From contig OY760142.1 of NCBI GenBank assembly GCA_963663225.1, positions 2,272,001 through 2,336,000 on the forward strand: a DNA stretch of 64,000 nucleotides, read 5' to 3'. The translations under genes were made by a program, and so were the position numbers. This document shows positions 49,934-60,836 of the stretch, one piece after another; the first letter of the stretch is position 1, and each line of letters starts with the position of its first letter. The notes beneath the pieces were generated by a model. It saw only the letters and a list, made by a program, of their open reading frames with translations, was not told the DNA's origin and ran no database searches. This stretch comes from Nitrospirota bacterium. GTDB lineage: Bacteria; Nitrospirota; UBA9217.

Positions 49934-50013
49934 GGTACCGTGTAACTGGCGTAAGTGGAATAAACCACAAGGGAGCACGGTTCTTCTGAAAAACAGCCGA
50001 ACGCCTGGGCAAC
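49934..50013 (+). ncRNA. ZMP/ZTP riboswitch (pfl RNA motif)
   Basis: P1 CCGTG/CACGG with AACTGGCG, P2 GTGG/CCAC, GGGAG, linker, then P3 GCCGAACGCCTGGGC; GGCG/CGCC pseudoknot; located upstream of pfl. Confidence 0.93.
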
Positions 50014-50049
50014 CTGACACTATCTGTTGGGGGGGGCCAGGCGTTTTTT
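50000..50049 (+). terminator. Riboswitch expression-platform terminator
   Basis: AACGCCTGG/CCAGGCGTT plus T-run; it sequesters the P3 pseudoknot strand. Confidence 0.85.
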
Positions 50050-50107
50050 ATTTGTATATCCTGGGAAAATATACGGTATGCTGGGTTGAGAAAAAGGAGA
50101 ATACAAT

Positions 50108-52333
50108 ATGGCAAAACGACAACCGTTTAAACGCGGTCGCTGGTCTTTGAAAACTGACCTGCAGGATTTTATCTATCGCAATTATACGCCCTATGAGGGA
50201 GGCCCTGAATTTCTTCAAAAACCCACAAAACGGACCCTGAACATCTGGGAAAAAGTCCGTTCTTTGATGGCGGAGGAGCGCAGAAGGGGAGGAGTGCTGG
50301 ATATTGACGTTGATGTCCCGGGAGGAATCCTTTCGCATGCCCCCGGCTATATCGACCGCAAAAAAGAGCTTATTGCGGGGCTGCAGACCGACGCACCCCT
50401 GAAACGGGCTGTTAAACCGGTGGGCGGCATCCGGCTTGTGGAAAAAGCGTGCAGTGCATATAACAAAAAATTAAATCCAAAAATTGTAGATATATACAGC
50501 CATTTCCGCAAATCTCACAACGAGGCGGTCTTTTCAATCTATACTGCAAAAATGAAACAGCTGCGGAAGCTTGGCATCATTACCGGCCTGCCGGACACTT
50601 ATGCACGGGGAAGGATCATCGGTGATTACCGGCGGGTTGCGCTCTATGGATTGGACCATCTTATTGCGGAAAAACAGAAAGATCTTGCAAAAATCGACGG
50701 TGCCATGGAAACAAAATCCATCCGTCAGCGGGAGGAAGTGGCTGACCAGATTCTTGCTCTGGAACAAATGTTGGAACTGGGTGGAAAATACGGTGTGGAT
50801 CTGCACCGACCCGCGGAAACCGCACGGGAAGCCATTCAAGGGACATATCTGGCATATCTTGCCGCTGCCAAGGAATCGGATGGAGCAGCCATGTCCATGG
50901 GCGGCGTGTCCGCATTCTTTGATTGTTATCTGGAAAGGGACATTAAAGCAGGGCTCCTCAATGAAATACAGGCCCAGGAATTGATCGACGATTTTACCAT
51001 TAAACTGCGCATGATCCGACAGCTCAGGCCGCCTGAATATGACCAGATTTTTGCCGGCGACCCTGTCTGGATCACGGTGGTACTCGGAGGCATGGCCAAC
51101 GACGGCCGTTGCAAAGTCACAAAAACGGACTACCGCTTTTTGCAGACCCTTCGCAACCTGGGGCCCGCGCCCGAGCCGAATCTGACCATACTGTATTCTC
51201 CCAGACTGCCTGAACCGTGGAAAAAATTTGTGGCGGAAATCTCGATACAGACCAGCGCGCTCCAATTTGAAAATGATGATTTAATGCGCCCCATAGCCGG
51301 AGATGATTACGGCATCTCCTGCTGCGTATCTCTTCTCAAGGCCGGAAGCCAGATGCAGTTTTTCGGAGCCCGGTGCAATCTGGCCAAGGCGCTGCTGCTG
51401 GCGCTGAATGAGGGGAGGGACGAAATACGCGGCGAAATTGTCGTGCCGAATGTGCCGAAGCTGAAAGGGTATCATCTGGATTACGACCAGGTGCATGCCA
51501 ATTTCATTTCTGTGCTGTCCTGGCTGGCGGAACAGTACGTGAAAACCATGAACGTTATCCACTGGTCCCACGATAAATACTACTATGAGAGCGCGCAGAT
51601 GGCTTTGCTGGACACGGACGTGGAGCGGCTCATGGCCTTCGGCATTGCCGGTTTTTCAGTGGTGGTTGACTCCTTGTGCGCGATCCGCTATGCAAAAGTA
51701 CATCCGGTGCGGGATGCACGGGGGCTGACGGAGAGTTTCAAAATGCAGGGCGAGTATCCTGCGTTCGGCAACGATGATGAACGGGCCGACAACAGGGCAC
51801 GGGACCTGATTATCACGTTTATTACGGAGCTGCGGAAACATGCGGTTTACCGCAGGGCCACGCCGACGCTTTCCATTTTGACCATTACCAGCAATGTGTT
51901 GTATGGCAAAAAAACCGGGGCCACACCGGACGGCCGGGCGGCAGGAGAACCGTTTGCACCGGGTGCCAATCCCATGTACGGCAGAGAGCGTAATGGAGTG
52001 CTGGCAAGCCTGAATGCCGTTGCGAAATTACCGTATTATGCCGCCCAAGACGGCATTTCCAATACGTTTTCGATTGTGCCGCAGGCGCTGGGATCTGATT
52101 TGTCAGAGCAGAAAGCGAATTTGATCGACATCCTGGACGGGTACTTCACCAAAGGCGGGCATCATATCAATGTGAACGTCCTCGACCGTGCATTGCTGAA
52201 AGACGCCATGAAGCATCCTGAAAACTATCCTCAGCTTACGATTCGTGTTTCCGGATATGCGGTGCATTTCACGCGGTTGTCGCGTGAGCACCAGGAAGAA
52301 ATACTGCGCCGGACGTTTCATGATATGCTTTAG
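50108..52333 (+). CDS. pflB: Pyruvate formate-lyase
   Basis: [29 protein letters not shown] active site, glycyl-radical loop TIRVSGYAV. Confidence 0.96.
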   Translation: MAKRQPFKRGRWSLKTDLQDFIYRNYTPYEGGPEFLQKPTKRTLNIWEKVRSLMAEERRRGGVLDIDVDVPGGILSHAPGYIDRKKELIAGLQTDAPLKRAVKPVGGIRLVEKACSAYNKKLNPKIVDIYSHFRKSHNEAVFSIYTAKMKQLRKLGIITGLPDTYARGRIIGDYRRVALYGLDHLIAEKQKDLAKIDGAMETKSIRQREEVADQILALEQMLELGGKYGVDLHRPAETAREAIQGTYLAYLAAAKESDGAAMSMGGVSAFFDCYLERDIKAGLLNEIQAQELIDDFTIKLRMIRQLRPPEYDQIFAGDPVWITVVLGGMANDGRCKVTKTDYRFLQTLRNLGPAPEPNLTILYSPRLPEPWKKFVAEISIQTSALQFENDDLMRPIAGDDYGISCCVSLLKAGSQMQFFGARCNLAKALLLALNEGRDEIRGEIVVPNVPKLKGYHLDYDQVHANFISVLSWLAEQYVKTMNVIHWSHDKYYYESAQMALLDTDVERLMAFGIAGFSVVVDSLCAIRYAKVHPVRDARGLTESFKMQGEYPAFGNDDERADNRARDLIITFITELRKHAVYRRATPTLSILTITSNVLYGKKTGATPDGRAAGEPFAPGANPMYGRERNGVLASLNAVAKLPYYAAQDGISNTFSIVPQALGSDLSEQKANLIDILDGYFTKGGHHINVNVLDRALLKDAMKHPENYPQLTIRVSGYAVHFTRLSREHQEEILRRTFHDML

Positions 52334-52397
52334 CTGTGCGCACAATACGGTGGCTGCGTTTGCAGGAACGGAATTTCGCTGAAGTGAGTATATAACG

Positions 52398-53135
52398 ATG
52401 AAACCAATTATTGGCCGTGTACATTCCGTGGAAACCATGGGGACCAGGGACGGACCGGGTTTACGGTGTGTTTTTTTTCTGGCGGGCTGCAATTTCCGAT
52501 GCCAGTTCTGCCAAAATCCGGATACTTGGTCTCAAAAAGGCTCCCAGCGCATGACGATTGAAGAGGTCCGGGAACGGTTGACCACATTGTTGCCGTATCT
52601 GCGGCCGCACGGCGGGGTTACGGTTTCCGGCGGCGAGCCCTGTTTGCAGGCTGCGTTTGTGGAAGCGCTTTTTAAAGTCGCCCATGAACTGGGGCTGAGC
52701 ACGGTGCTGGATACGAACGGCAGCTGTGCGCTGGGGAAACAACGATCATTATTGGCTGTAAGCGACATGGTTTTGTTGGACATTAAAGCCAGCGAAGAAA
52801 AGCTGCATCGTCGGATTACCGGAAAACCATTAGCGCCGGTTCTAAATTTTGGTAAACGCGCTGCCCAGGTTCCGGGCCGCCTGGTTATCCGGCGGGTTTT
52901 ACTGCCGGGCATCAATGATTCACCGGAAGAGCTTGAGCGTCTTGCTGCGTATGCCCTGGAACTGGACAACATTCCCGCTATCGAATTGATCCCATATCAT
53001 TGTCTCGGCATGCATAAGTGGAAAGAGCTTGGCTTCCGGTATCCCTTGCGGAAATGCAAGCCGCCTACCGGGTCCCAGTGGCACGCGGCTGCAAAACGTC
53101 TGGAACAGAGAGGACTGCTCGTGCACAGAGGTTGA
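52398..53135 (+). CDS. pflA: PFL-activating radical SAM enzyme
   Basis: HSVETMGTRDGPG, GCNFRCQFCQNPD, GVTVSGGEP, LDTNG, PYHCLG. Confidence 0.94.
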   Translation: MKPIIGRVHSVETMGTRDGPGLRCVFFLAGCNFRCQFCQNPDTWSQKGSQRMTIEEVRERLTTLLPYLRPHGGVTVSGGEPCLQAAFVEALFKVAHELGLSTVLDTNGSCALGKQRSLLAVSDMVLLDIKASEEKLHRRITGKPLAPVLNFGKRAAQVPGRLVIRRVLLPGINDSPEELERLAAYALELDNIPAIELIPYHCLGMHKWKELGFRYPLRKCKPPTGSQWHAAAKRLEQRGLLVHRG

Positions 53136-53272
53136 GAAGGGATGATTTGAGGGATGCCTGCGAAAAAAGTCAGGGAGATGCCGACAGGGCGGTACAGTCC
53201 GGAGTTTGCAGCCACTGAAAGTCGCAAGGTCAAGTCCATAGTTCATTCTGGCCGCTATGGTCGGCATGTTGA

Positions 53273-53689
53273 TCAATATCGAAGTTGAAATGTAACCCCG
53301 ATTGGCATGGTAAGCACTACCGGGAAAAGCGTATCAAGAGTTACCGGAGAAGTTGTATGTCTGTTGAGCATCGGTAAAATGTTCCAGCTGACCTTTGTGG
53401 AATCTTTTTCCTGAATGGCGTCCTGCTTCTCGATATCATGCCCTTTCGGGAGGTCAAAAACCGCATTTTCGAGCTTCGGAGCAGCAAAAACATTTTCGAA
53501 ATAGTCCATCTTGTAGTATCCTGCCAAGCCGCCTGTATCGCCAACAATCCAGGTTTTCTCTGCCGCCGGTATTGCAAAGACGTCCGCAGGATTGCTTGAC
53601 TGCGCGGCAAAAGCGAGAGGCTGGAAGGCACCCGCGACAGTCAGGGCGAGAAGAACTGGCAGAAAATATGTAAAGCTTCGTAGTGACAA
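53273..53689 (-). CDS. Exported hypothetical protein
   Basis: Signal-like N-terminus (AFA); C-terminal GVTFQLRY resembles a beta-signal. Confidence 0.55.
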   Translation of the reverse strand: MSLRSFTYFLPVLLALTVAGAFQPLAFAAQSSNPADVFAIPAAEKTWIVGDTGGLAGYYKMDYFENVFAAPKLENAVFDLPKGHDIEKQDAIQEKDSTKVSWNILPMLNRHTTSPVTLDTLFPVVLTMPIGVTFQLRY

Positions 53690-53925
53690 TCCAGACGTCC
53701 TTATTGAGAGGATAAAACAAATTTATTTATGCTAAACTATAACTCTGCGGAACAGAAAAAGTCCATACATTTTTTATAGCTATGTTTTCTCCGGCTGTGC
53801 TGAAACACAAGGTTATATTGACTTTCTTGTAAAAAAAGGGTTTAATGTTCTTGCCTAAAAGTATGCGACACTGCTTAAATGATGAACAGAAAACCATATC
53901 CATTTTAGAGGGAAAGGAGAACATT

Positions 53926-54537
53926 ATGGCAATTGACGGTTCAAAAACAGCTATCCATGACAAAGAGTGGTTCAAAAAGCTTGCACGGTGCATCAGCCTC
54001 TTGTTCGTATTGGCAATATTGTTTCCTGCATCAGCACTTCCCCGATCTGCAGACAGGCTGGTGAATGATGATGAATATAAAGACAAGGATTTTCATCGCG
54101 GGATTATCACAGACTATTCGGACATGGTGAAAGGGGACAATATAAACTGGGTTTGGTTTAAATCCAACGAAAGCCTGGCTGGCTATACTGTAAAAGTAAA
54201 AAGTATAGAAAACAAGTCGGATATGCACAGCAGGTCGTTCGCGGATTCAGTAAAGAATATATTTGAGGATTATTTTGCTGACATGAAAGGAACGAAGGGA
54301 ACGCTTACTGCGGACTTGTGCATTACCGAGGTCCAGACGTTCAGCCCCGGCAAGGCATGGATACCTTTTGCGGGAGGCCACCAGATGCAGGCCGGTATCG
54401 GCATGGAATTAGTGCTTCGCGATCAAAGCGGAAATATAGTTGCAAAGCTCAGGGATTTCGAGCGCCAGGGTTCAGACCCGAAACAGGCTGCAGAAGAGGT
54501 CGCGGGACGCATGGCAAAAGAGATCCGCAAGCATTAG
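53926..54537 (+). CDS. Exported hypothetical protein (DUF4410-like)
   Basis: SD AAGGAG; hydrophobic N-terminal segment; SPGKAWIPFAGG. Confidence 0.7.
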   Translation: MAIDGSKTAIHDKEWFKKLARCISLLFVLAILFPASALPRSADRLVNDDEYKDKDFHRGIITDYSDMVKGDNINWVWFKSNESLAGYTVKVKSIENKSDMHSRSFADSVKNIFEDYFADMKGTKGTLTADLCITEVQTFSPGKAWIPFAGGHQMQAGIGMELVLRDQSGNIVAKLRDFERQGSDPKQAAEEVAGRMAKEIRKH

Positions 54538-54755
54538 TCAAAACTGGTTTTAGCCGCAGGTGACCAGAAAACGGTTCCATTTGCGCGTATATTTCATTTA
54601 ACTGAAAGAGGGGTGTTTATTATTGCCCCTCTTTTCTTATTTAATACTGCGTTTTAGAATCCGTTTCCGTAAAGAGGTCAACTCAGCGGTAGAATATGTT
54701 GCTATACTTGTTTCATACAAAGAGGCAGGATGTCGCTTGCAATAACGGGAGTTCT

Positions 54756-57416
54756 ATGGCTAGCGCGAGTCGTTTTTTTATATTTCTTGTTTTATTAGTT
54801 TATTTTTTTGCTGCTTCAGTCCAGGCTGCAGAGGATGGCAAGGTACTTCGTGCGACGCTTTCGAACGGGTTGAGGGTGGTCATTGTGCAAAATACTCTGG
54901 CGCCGGTTGTCGCGACTCAGGTAAATTATCTTGTCGGCTCGAATGAGGCTCCTGATGGATTTCCCGGCATGGCACATGCTCAGGAGCACATGATGTTCCG
55001 CGGAAGTCCGGGATTGTCCGCGGCCCAACTCGCGCATATCATGGCCTTGATGGGCGGCAATTTTAATGCTGTTACTCAGCAGACAATCACCCAGTATTTG
55101 TTTACGGTCCCGAAGGACAATCTCGACGTGGCGCTTACGGTGGAGGCAGTGCGCATGCGTGACGTACTGGACACGCAAGACCTCTGGGAGGAGGAGCGGG
55201 GAGCGCTGGAACAGGAAGTAGCGCAGGATATTTCGAATCCGGAATACGTTTTTTTCACTCAGCTTCTTTCGTCGATGTTTGACGGCACTCCCTATGCACA
55301 CGATGCCTTGGGAACGCGCCCGTCTTTTCAGAAGACAACAGGTTCCATGCTCAAGACATTTTATAACCAGTGGTACGGGCCGAATAATGCAATACTTGTT
55401 GTCGCAGGAGACGTGGACCCGAAAGAAACTCTTGCAAAGATCCGCGGTCTTTTTGAACCGATCCCTTCGCGGCCGGCGCCGCCAAGGCCTGCTATACGGC
55501 TTCATCCTCTTAAACCTGCCGCCATTGCTTTAGAGACTGATTTGCCTTACGGTCTTGCTATTGTAGCATACCGGCTGCCGGGTTTTGACAGCCCTGACTT
55601 TGCCGCCGGCCAAATTCTTGCTGACGTGCTCGAAAATCGCAGGAGCAATCTCTCAGCACTGGTGCCGGCTGGAAAGGCGCTTTTCACCGAATTCAACGGT
55701 GAATCTTTTCCCCACGCATCATATGGTTATGCAACCGCGGCTTTTCCGTATGAGGGGGACGGAACCGCTCTTGTTGCTGCTATTAAAAATATTGTTGCGG
55801 AATACCGTAAAAATGGAGTCCCTCCGGATTTAGTTGAGTCGTCAAAACGCCATGAAATAGCCGAAGCCGAATTCCTGCAAAATTCCATCGAAGGACTCGC
55901 GTCGGCATGGTCCCAAGCGCTTGCCGTGGAAGGCCGGTCCTCTCCTGAAGACGATATCGCTGCAATAAAGAAAGTGACGCTTGACGATGTAAACCGCGTT
56001 CTGAAGGAATATCTGGTAAATGACACGGCAGTTACGGCCGTGCTCACGCCACGGCCTTCCGGGCGGCCGATTACTGTAAAAAAGTTCGGTGATAAGGAGT
56101 CTTTTTCGCCGAAGGAAACAATGCCGGTGGAACTTCCTTCCTGGGCAAAAAAATCAGCGAAAATTCCTTCCATTCCAACATCACGAATAAACCCTGAAGT
56201 CTTTACTCTGCCTAACGGGATTCGTCTCATTGTGCAGCCGGAGAACGTAAGCTCGACAGTAAGCGTGTTCGGGCAGATCAGGAATCATGCTGATCTTGAA
56301 GAACCCGAAGGCAAGGAAGGGATATCTGAAGTTCTGGAAAGCCTTTTCTCCTATGGAACGACATCCCTCGATCGTATTGCATTTGTGAAAGCGCAGGACG
56401 AAATCGGCGCGGACATTGCCGCGGGGACGCACTTCTCACTCAGGGTCTTGTCTGATAAATTTGAACGCGGCATGAAGCTGCTTGCCGACAATCTGCTGCA
56501 CCCTGCATTGCCGACAGACTTTTTCCCGGTAGTCCAGGCTGAAATACTGAATAAAGTGCAGGGCCAGCTGCTGAGTCCGGCTTATCTCACACAACGCGCC
56601 CTTCAAGAAGCCTTGTATCCCCAAGGAGACCCCGTGCTTCGCAAAGCGTCCCCTGAAACTGTGCGCGCTCTTTCGTTAAAAGATGTCGTTTCTTACTATG
56701 CAAAAGCATTTCGACCCGACATGACGACCATTGTTGTCGTCGGCAAAGTTACACCCGGAGAAACAAAGACTGTGGTTGAAAAATATTTCGGATCGTGGAA
56801 TGCACAGGGACCGAAACCGGACACAGCATTGCCGCAGGTCCCGCTGAATAAGTCATCTGCCATTGCGGTGCATGATGCAAGCAGGGTTCAAGACCAAGTC
56901 ACCCTAGCAGAGATAATAGGCATATCCCGGACGCACCCCGATTATTATAAGCTGCAACTGGGCAATCATGTTTTATCGGGTGCATTTTATGCGACGAGGT
57001 TGTACCGGGATTTACGCGAGAAAACCGGACTTGTTTACACGGTAGAATCCTTCCTTGAAGCAAAACAATCCCGCGCCCTGTTTGGCGTGTTCTTTGCCTG
57101 TGATCCACAGAATGTTTCAAGAGCCAGGATTCTGGTGGACCAGAATTTGAAGAAACTGCAGACAACAGCAGTTACCCCAGAGGAACTGGAGCGCGCCAAG
57201 ATACTGCTCATCCACCGGATACCGCTTTCGGAATCCAGTGTGGATACAATTGGCGAAGGCCTGCTTTCCCGTTCGGTTGAGGATTTGCCGCTCAATGAAC
57301 CTGTCCGTTCCGCGGAACAATATGTGAAGATAACGGCCGAACAGATCAGGGATGCCTTTGCAAAATGGATTCGGATTGACGATTTTGCGCAGGTGGTTGT
57401 CGGTTCGAATCCGTGA
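54756..57416 (+). CDS. M16 family (pitrilysin-like) zinc protease
   Basis: HAQEH (HxxEH), LSNGL and LPNGI repeated halves, RLYRDLREKTGLVY. Confidence 0.93.
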   Translation: MASASRFFIFLVLLVYFFAASVQAAEDGKVLRATLSNGLRVVIVQNTLAPVVATQVNYLVGSNEAPDGFPGMAHAQEHMMFRGSPGLSAAQLAHIMALMGGNFNAVTQQTITQYLFTVPKDNLDVALTVEAVRMRDVLDTQDLWEEERGALEQEVAQDISNPEYVFFTQLLSSMFDGTPYAHDALGTRPSFQKTTGSMLKTFYNQWYGPNNAILVVAGDVDPKETLAKIRGLFEPIPSRPAPPRPAIRLHPLKPAAIALETDLPYGLAIVAYRLPGFDSPDFAAGQILADVLENRRSNLSALVPAGKALFTEFNGESFPHASYGYATAAFPYEGDGTALVAAIKNIVAEYRKNGVPPDLVESSKRHEIAEAEFLQNSIEGLASAWSQALAVEGRSSPEDDIAAIKKVTLDDVNRVLKEYLVNDTAVTAVLTPRPSGRPITVKKFGDKESFSPKETMPVELPSWAKKSAKIPSIPTSRINPEVFTLPNGIRLIVQPENVSSTVSVFGQIRNHADLEEPEGKEGISEVLESLFSYGTTSLDRIAFVKAQDEIGADIAAGTHFSLRVLSDKFERGMKLLADNLLHPALPTDFFPVVQAEILNKVQGQLLSPAYLTQRALQEALYPQGDPVLRKASPETVRALSLKDVVSYYAKAFRPDMTTIVVVGKVTPGETKTVVEKYFGSWNAQGPKPDTALPQVPLNKSSAIAVHDASRVQDQVTLAEIIGISRTHPDYYKLQLGNHVLSGAFYATRLYRDLREKTGLVYTVESFLEAKQSRALFGVFFACDPQNVSRARILVDQNLKKLQTTAVTPEELERAKILLIHRIPLSESSVDTIGEGLLSRSVEDLPLNEPVRSAEQYVKITAEQIRDAFAKWIRIDDFAQVVVGSNP

Positions 57417-57469
57417 TGTGAATTCGATACGCGGTGATGCAATATGATCAAGGAGGCCTTGGATTATTC

Positions 57470-58171
57470 ATGCCTGAAAAACAGGTGGTTCTTTTGTTCA
57501 TGAAAGCGCCGATCAGAGGGAAGGTGAAAACACGTCTGGCAGGACTCATCGGCGACGAGGCAGCTCTTGACTTATATAAGCATTTTATTTTTGATATTCT
57601 GACTACTGTCGAGCAAACAGGTTATGCAGTAAGAGTTTTCTTTTTTCCTCCGGAAGGAAAAACAGCCCTGTCAGACTCGCTTCCCCATCAGCACTATCTC
57701 ATGCCGCAGCAGGGAGATGATTTGGGCGCAAAAATGGAGAATGCTTTTGCACGCATCTTTGCGGAAGGTTTTTCGAGCGCCGTACTTATTGGAACCGATA
57801 TCCCGGATTTGCCTGCTGCGATCATTCATGAGGCCTTCTCTTCTCTGAAATTGAACGATGCGGTTATCGGTCCGGCAACGGATGGAGGTTATTACCTCAT
57901 TGGTTTTAAAAGAAAGACTTTTTTGCCGGACGTCTTTCGTGGAATGCCATGGGGTACACACAGGGTTCTTTCCGGCACGCTGGCTGTTTTGCAAAACGCC
58001 TTGTATCGGTTCCATCTTGTCCCTCGCTGGAACGACATTGACACCTTGGAGGATCTCCGGGCTTTTTTTGAGCGAAATAAAAATGTCGGCTTATCTCAAT
58101 CGAAAACCCTGCAGTATCTATTTGCCACCCGACTTTTGGAGAAAGAGGGACCAGTTGATAAATCCGTGTGA
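57470..58171 (+). CDS. DUF2064 / TIGR04282-type GT-A glycosyltransferase-like protein
   Basis: KAP..GKVKTRL, QQGDDLG.KM, IGTDIP, GPATDGGYYLIG, DIDT.EDL. Confidence 0.9.
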   Translation: MPEKQVVLLFMKAPIRGKVKTRLAGLIGDEAALDLYKHFIFDILTTVEQTGYAVRVFFFPPEGKTALSDSLPHQHYLMPQQGDDLGAKMENAFARIFAEGFSSAVLIGTDIPDLPAAIIHEAFSSLKLNDAVIGPATDGGYYLIGFKRKTFLPDVFRGMPWGTHRVLSGTLAVLQNALYRFHLVPRWNDIDTLEDLRAFFERNKNVGLSQSKTLQYLFATRLLEKEGPVDKSV

Positions 58172-58252
58172 CGGAGAATACGGCGGCAGGCACGCAAACG
58201 GATCGACTCCGGCGTTGCAGGAGCCAGAGAGAATTAAGGAGCAAACAAGCGC

Positions 58253-58981
58253 ATGCACCGGCTGAAAGTTCAACTCCTGCTTGTGGCGGTATTGATAGGC
58301 ACGATTACCGTTTTGCGCTGCTCTCCGGCTGGCGACGTTCTGACTTTTGAAAATCTTGTCCGACACCGGGAAACCCTGCTGCTCTGCGTTCAGGATCACT
58401 ACGGGCTTTCCGTTGTTGTTTTTATAGCGGTTTATATTTTTGCAGTAGGACTGTCTGTTCCCGGTGCGGAAATTATGACAATTGCGGCCGGGTTTCTGTT
58501 CGGTACGGCTGCGGCCACAGTTTATGTAAACATAGGGGCGACTGCGGGTTCAGCACTCGCCTTTCTGTCGGCGAGGTATCTGCTCGGGACACATTTGCAG
58601 AAAAGATATCAGGTGCAGTTGGGCGCATTCAATGAAGAGATAATAAAAAACGGTGCAAAATACCTTCTTGCTCTTCGGCTGGTTCCGCTGTTCCCGTTTT
58701 TTCTTGTAAACTTTCTTTCAGGACTTACAAAAATTCCCCTGAAGACTTTTATCTGGACAACTTCGCTTGGGATCATCCCTGCAAGCGCTCTTTATGCCTT
58801 TGCCGGAAAACAGCTGGGAACGGTCCAATCACCTGTGGAAATTTTATCATTCAACGTTGTTTTTGCCTTTGTAATGCTGGCCATTTTATCGTTGATACCG
58901 GTTGTGCTGCAACGCCGAAAAGATGCAAAGAATAAACGAGAAAGGACAATCCCCTATGGATCACCGAAAAACCGTAACTGA
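58253..58981 (+). CDS. TVP38/TMEM64 (DedA-like) membrane protein
   Basis: LSVPGA, GFLFG, GAT.G, LRLVPLFPFFLVN, SLGIIP. Confidence 0.9.
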   Translation: MHRLKVQLLLVAVLIGTITVLRCSPAGDVLTFENLVRHRETLLLCVQDHYGLSVVVFIAVYIFAVGLSVPGAEIMTIAAGFLFGTAAATVYVNIGATAGSALAFLSARYLLGTHLQKRYQVQLGAFNEEIIKNGAKYLLALRLVPLFPFFLVNFLSGLTKIPLKTFIWTTSLGIIPASALYAFAGKQLGTVQSPVEILSFNVVFAFVMLAILSLIPVVLQRRKDAKNKRERTIPYGSPKNRN

Positions 58982-59591
58982 AATTTTAAAAAGACTTCAT
59001 AAAGAGTACGCCGGTACGCCTCAGACCGTACTTCGCTTTACTTCACCCTTTGAACTGCTTGTCGCGACCATCCTCTCTGCCCAGACCACGGATATTCAGG
59101 TCAACAAAGTGACGGAGACTTTGTTTAAAAAGTACCGGAGCATACAGGATTTTGCAGATGCAAAACCTCAAACACTTGAAAAAGATGTTGCATCGGTGAA
59201 TTTTTATCGCAATAAGGCCAAAAACATCAACAATGCGGCAAAAATGATCATCAAAGCATTCGGAGGAACGGTTCCGAATACCATGGAAGATCTCATTACG
59301 CTGCCCGGTGTCGCCCGAAAAACAGCGAATATCGTATTATCGCGGGCGTTCGGCATCAATGAAGGGATAGCCGTAGACACCCATGTAAGACGCCTAACAA
59401 ACCGGCTGGGGCTGACGAAACACAACGATCCGGTAAAAATCGAAAAGGATTTAATGCCGGTTACACCCCGAGAAGAATGGGACAACCTGTCGCATCTTTT
59501 GATTTTTCATGGCAGGAACATCTGCCAGGCAAAAAAGCCAAAACATGATACGTGCGTTCTGTTTGATATCTGCCCTTCAAGGAAAGCCTGA
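58956..59591 (+). CDS. nth: Endonuclease III
   Basis: LLVATILSAQTTD, HhH LPGVARKTAN, AVDTHV, HGRNIC. Confidence 0.95.
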   Translation: MDHRKTVTEILKRLHKEYAGTPQTVLRFTSPFELLVATILSAQTTDIQVNKVTETLFKKYRSIQDFADAKPQTLEKDVASVNFYRNKAKNINNAAKMIIKAFGGTVPNTMEDLITLPGVARKTANIVLSRAFGINEGIAVDTHVRRLTNRLGLTKHNDPVKIEKDLMPVTPREEWDNLSHLLIFHGRNICQAKKPKHDTCVLFDICPSRKA

Positions 59592-59829
59592 ACTCATCGC
59601 ATACGCGACGATGTCAAGGGCAACCTTTTTAAATAACAGGTGCTTCGGAACAGTTCTCAATGTAGGCCAGGGTATTTTGACGGATTGCTCTGTAACTGCT
59701 ACTTCGTCTTTTCCGCTACTATATTATCTTTTGTTGTTTTTAATCAATTCCCTGTGTTAAAATATGGCCTGATTATTATACGGTGTGACCAATACCGTCG
59801 CAGTTGTCTCGTGGAGAGGAGCAGAAGGT

Positions 59830-60684
59830 ATGATATATATCTGCCGGCAGTTGCTTCCGACGCTCGCTTTGGCAGGAGGAGCGCTCCTGATTATGGGGGC
59901 AGGGAGTGAAACGATTTCGAAAGCCTCCAACACCGCTTCGAGCGGCCCTACGAGTACCGCGACAACCAGTCTTCCAGCCAAGACGGATGCCGGTATTAAA
60001 ACCAAGCCGACCGACAGCACGCTCAGTACCTCAAATGGTAATCTAAAAAAGAACCGACAGCAGAGCATACTAACGGGTAATACCGTCAGCCATGTACTGC
60101 TTCCACCTCATGCTGAAGAACTTGCCAGGAGTCTTCAGTTTGACCGTCGAGTTCTTCTTATTGTAAAAGATGTTGTGCAGGAACATGTTCATATACACCG
60201 TTTGATCGGCTATGACGAGAATGGCTATCAAATTAAAGCGGCCGGCATTATGGTGCCGGTGCAAAGAGAGAAGGCAGATCAGGCCCTTATCCTGCTTCGC
60301 AAAAAATTGGCACCACTCCACTATATGCCTTTTATCGTGGAAATGAACCAGGGGCTTAAGATGGATAAAATCGGCATTATTAAAGGGACGGATCAATACG
60401 AAATACTGAGGATCATGAATACCGACGGTGACGAGGACGAGATTTCCAATCAGGATATAATCGATCGCCTCAAGGAGTGGAAAAAAATATCTTCGTTCGA
60501 CATTATTGGCGCGGACAACGACCGAATCGAAATCGAGTTTAAAACGCTGCCCAAAAACCTCAGGTCTTTTGCAGAGGAAGTAGGTGAATTCTGTCCAAGT
60601 GCGGTAACACAGGGGCCGGGAAGCATTAAGGAACTGGTCCGGGAGATTGCGCTGACACACCGGTTGCTTCTGATATGGGATTAA
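59830..60684 (+). CDS. DUF4253-domain exported protein
   Basis: Signal-like segment and S/T-rich linker; DQYEILR...TDG, FAEEV.EFCP..V.QG, terminal WD. Confidence 0.8.
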   Translation: MIYICRQLLPTLALAGGALLIMGAGSETISKASNTASSGPTSTATTSLPAKTDAGIKTKPTDSTLSTSNGNLKKNRQQSILTGNTVSHVLLPPHAEELARSLQFDRRVLLIVKDVVQEHVHIHRLIGYDENGYQIKAAGIMVPVQREKADQALILLRKKLAPLHYMPFIVEMNQGLKMDKIGIIKGTDQYEILRIMNTDGDEDEISNQDIIDRLKEWKKISSFDIIGADNDRIEIEFKTLPKNLRSFAEEVGEFCPSAVTQGPGSIKELVREIALTHRLLLIWD

Positions 60685-60742
60685 AAGCAATCTGTCTGCG
60701 GAAGTTATACTAAAGATGGAATGACGGCAATGCCAGGCATAA

Positions 60743-60773
60743 AAAAAGCAGGCGGGAAATTCCGCCTGCTTTA
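60743..60773. terminator. Terminator between convergent genes
   Basis: AAAGCAGGCGG/CCGCCTGCTTT with an A-run on the left. Confidence 0.75.
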
Positions 60774-60836
60774 TGTGTTTCATTCAAGAATACATTCTTT
60801 CCGCTCTCTGAATAATGAATTAGCGGTATGGTAAAA

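Noticed and set aside
57470-58171. Arsenosugar biosynthesis cluster implied by the TIGR04282-type gene
   Set aside because: No arsM, arsS or partner glycosyltransferase is adjacent, and the family is widespread outside such clusters.
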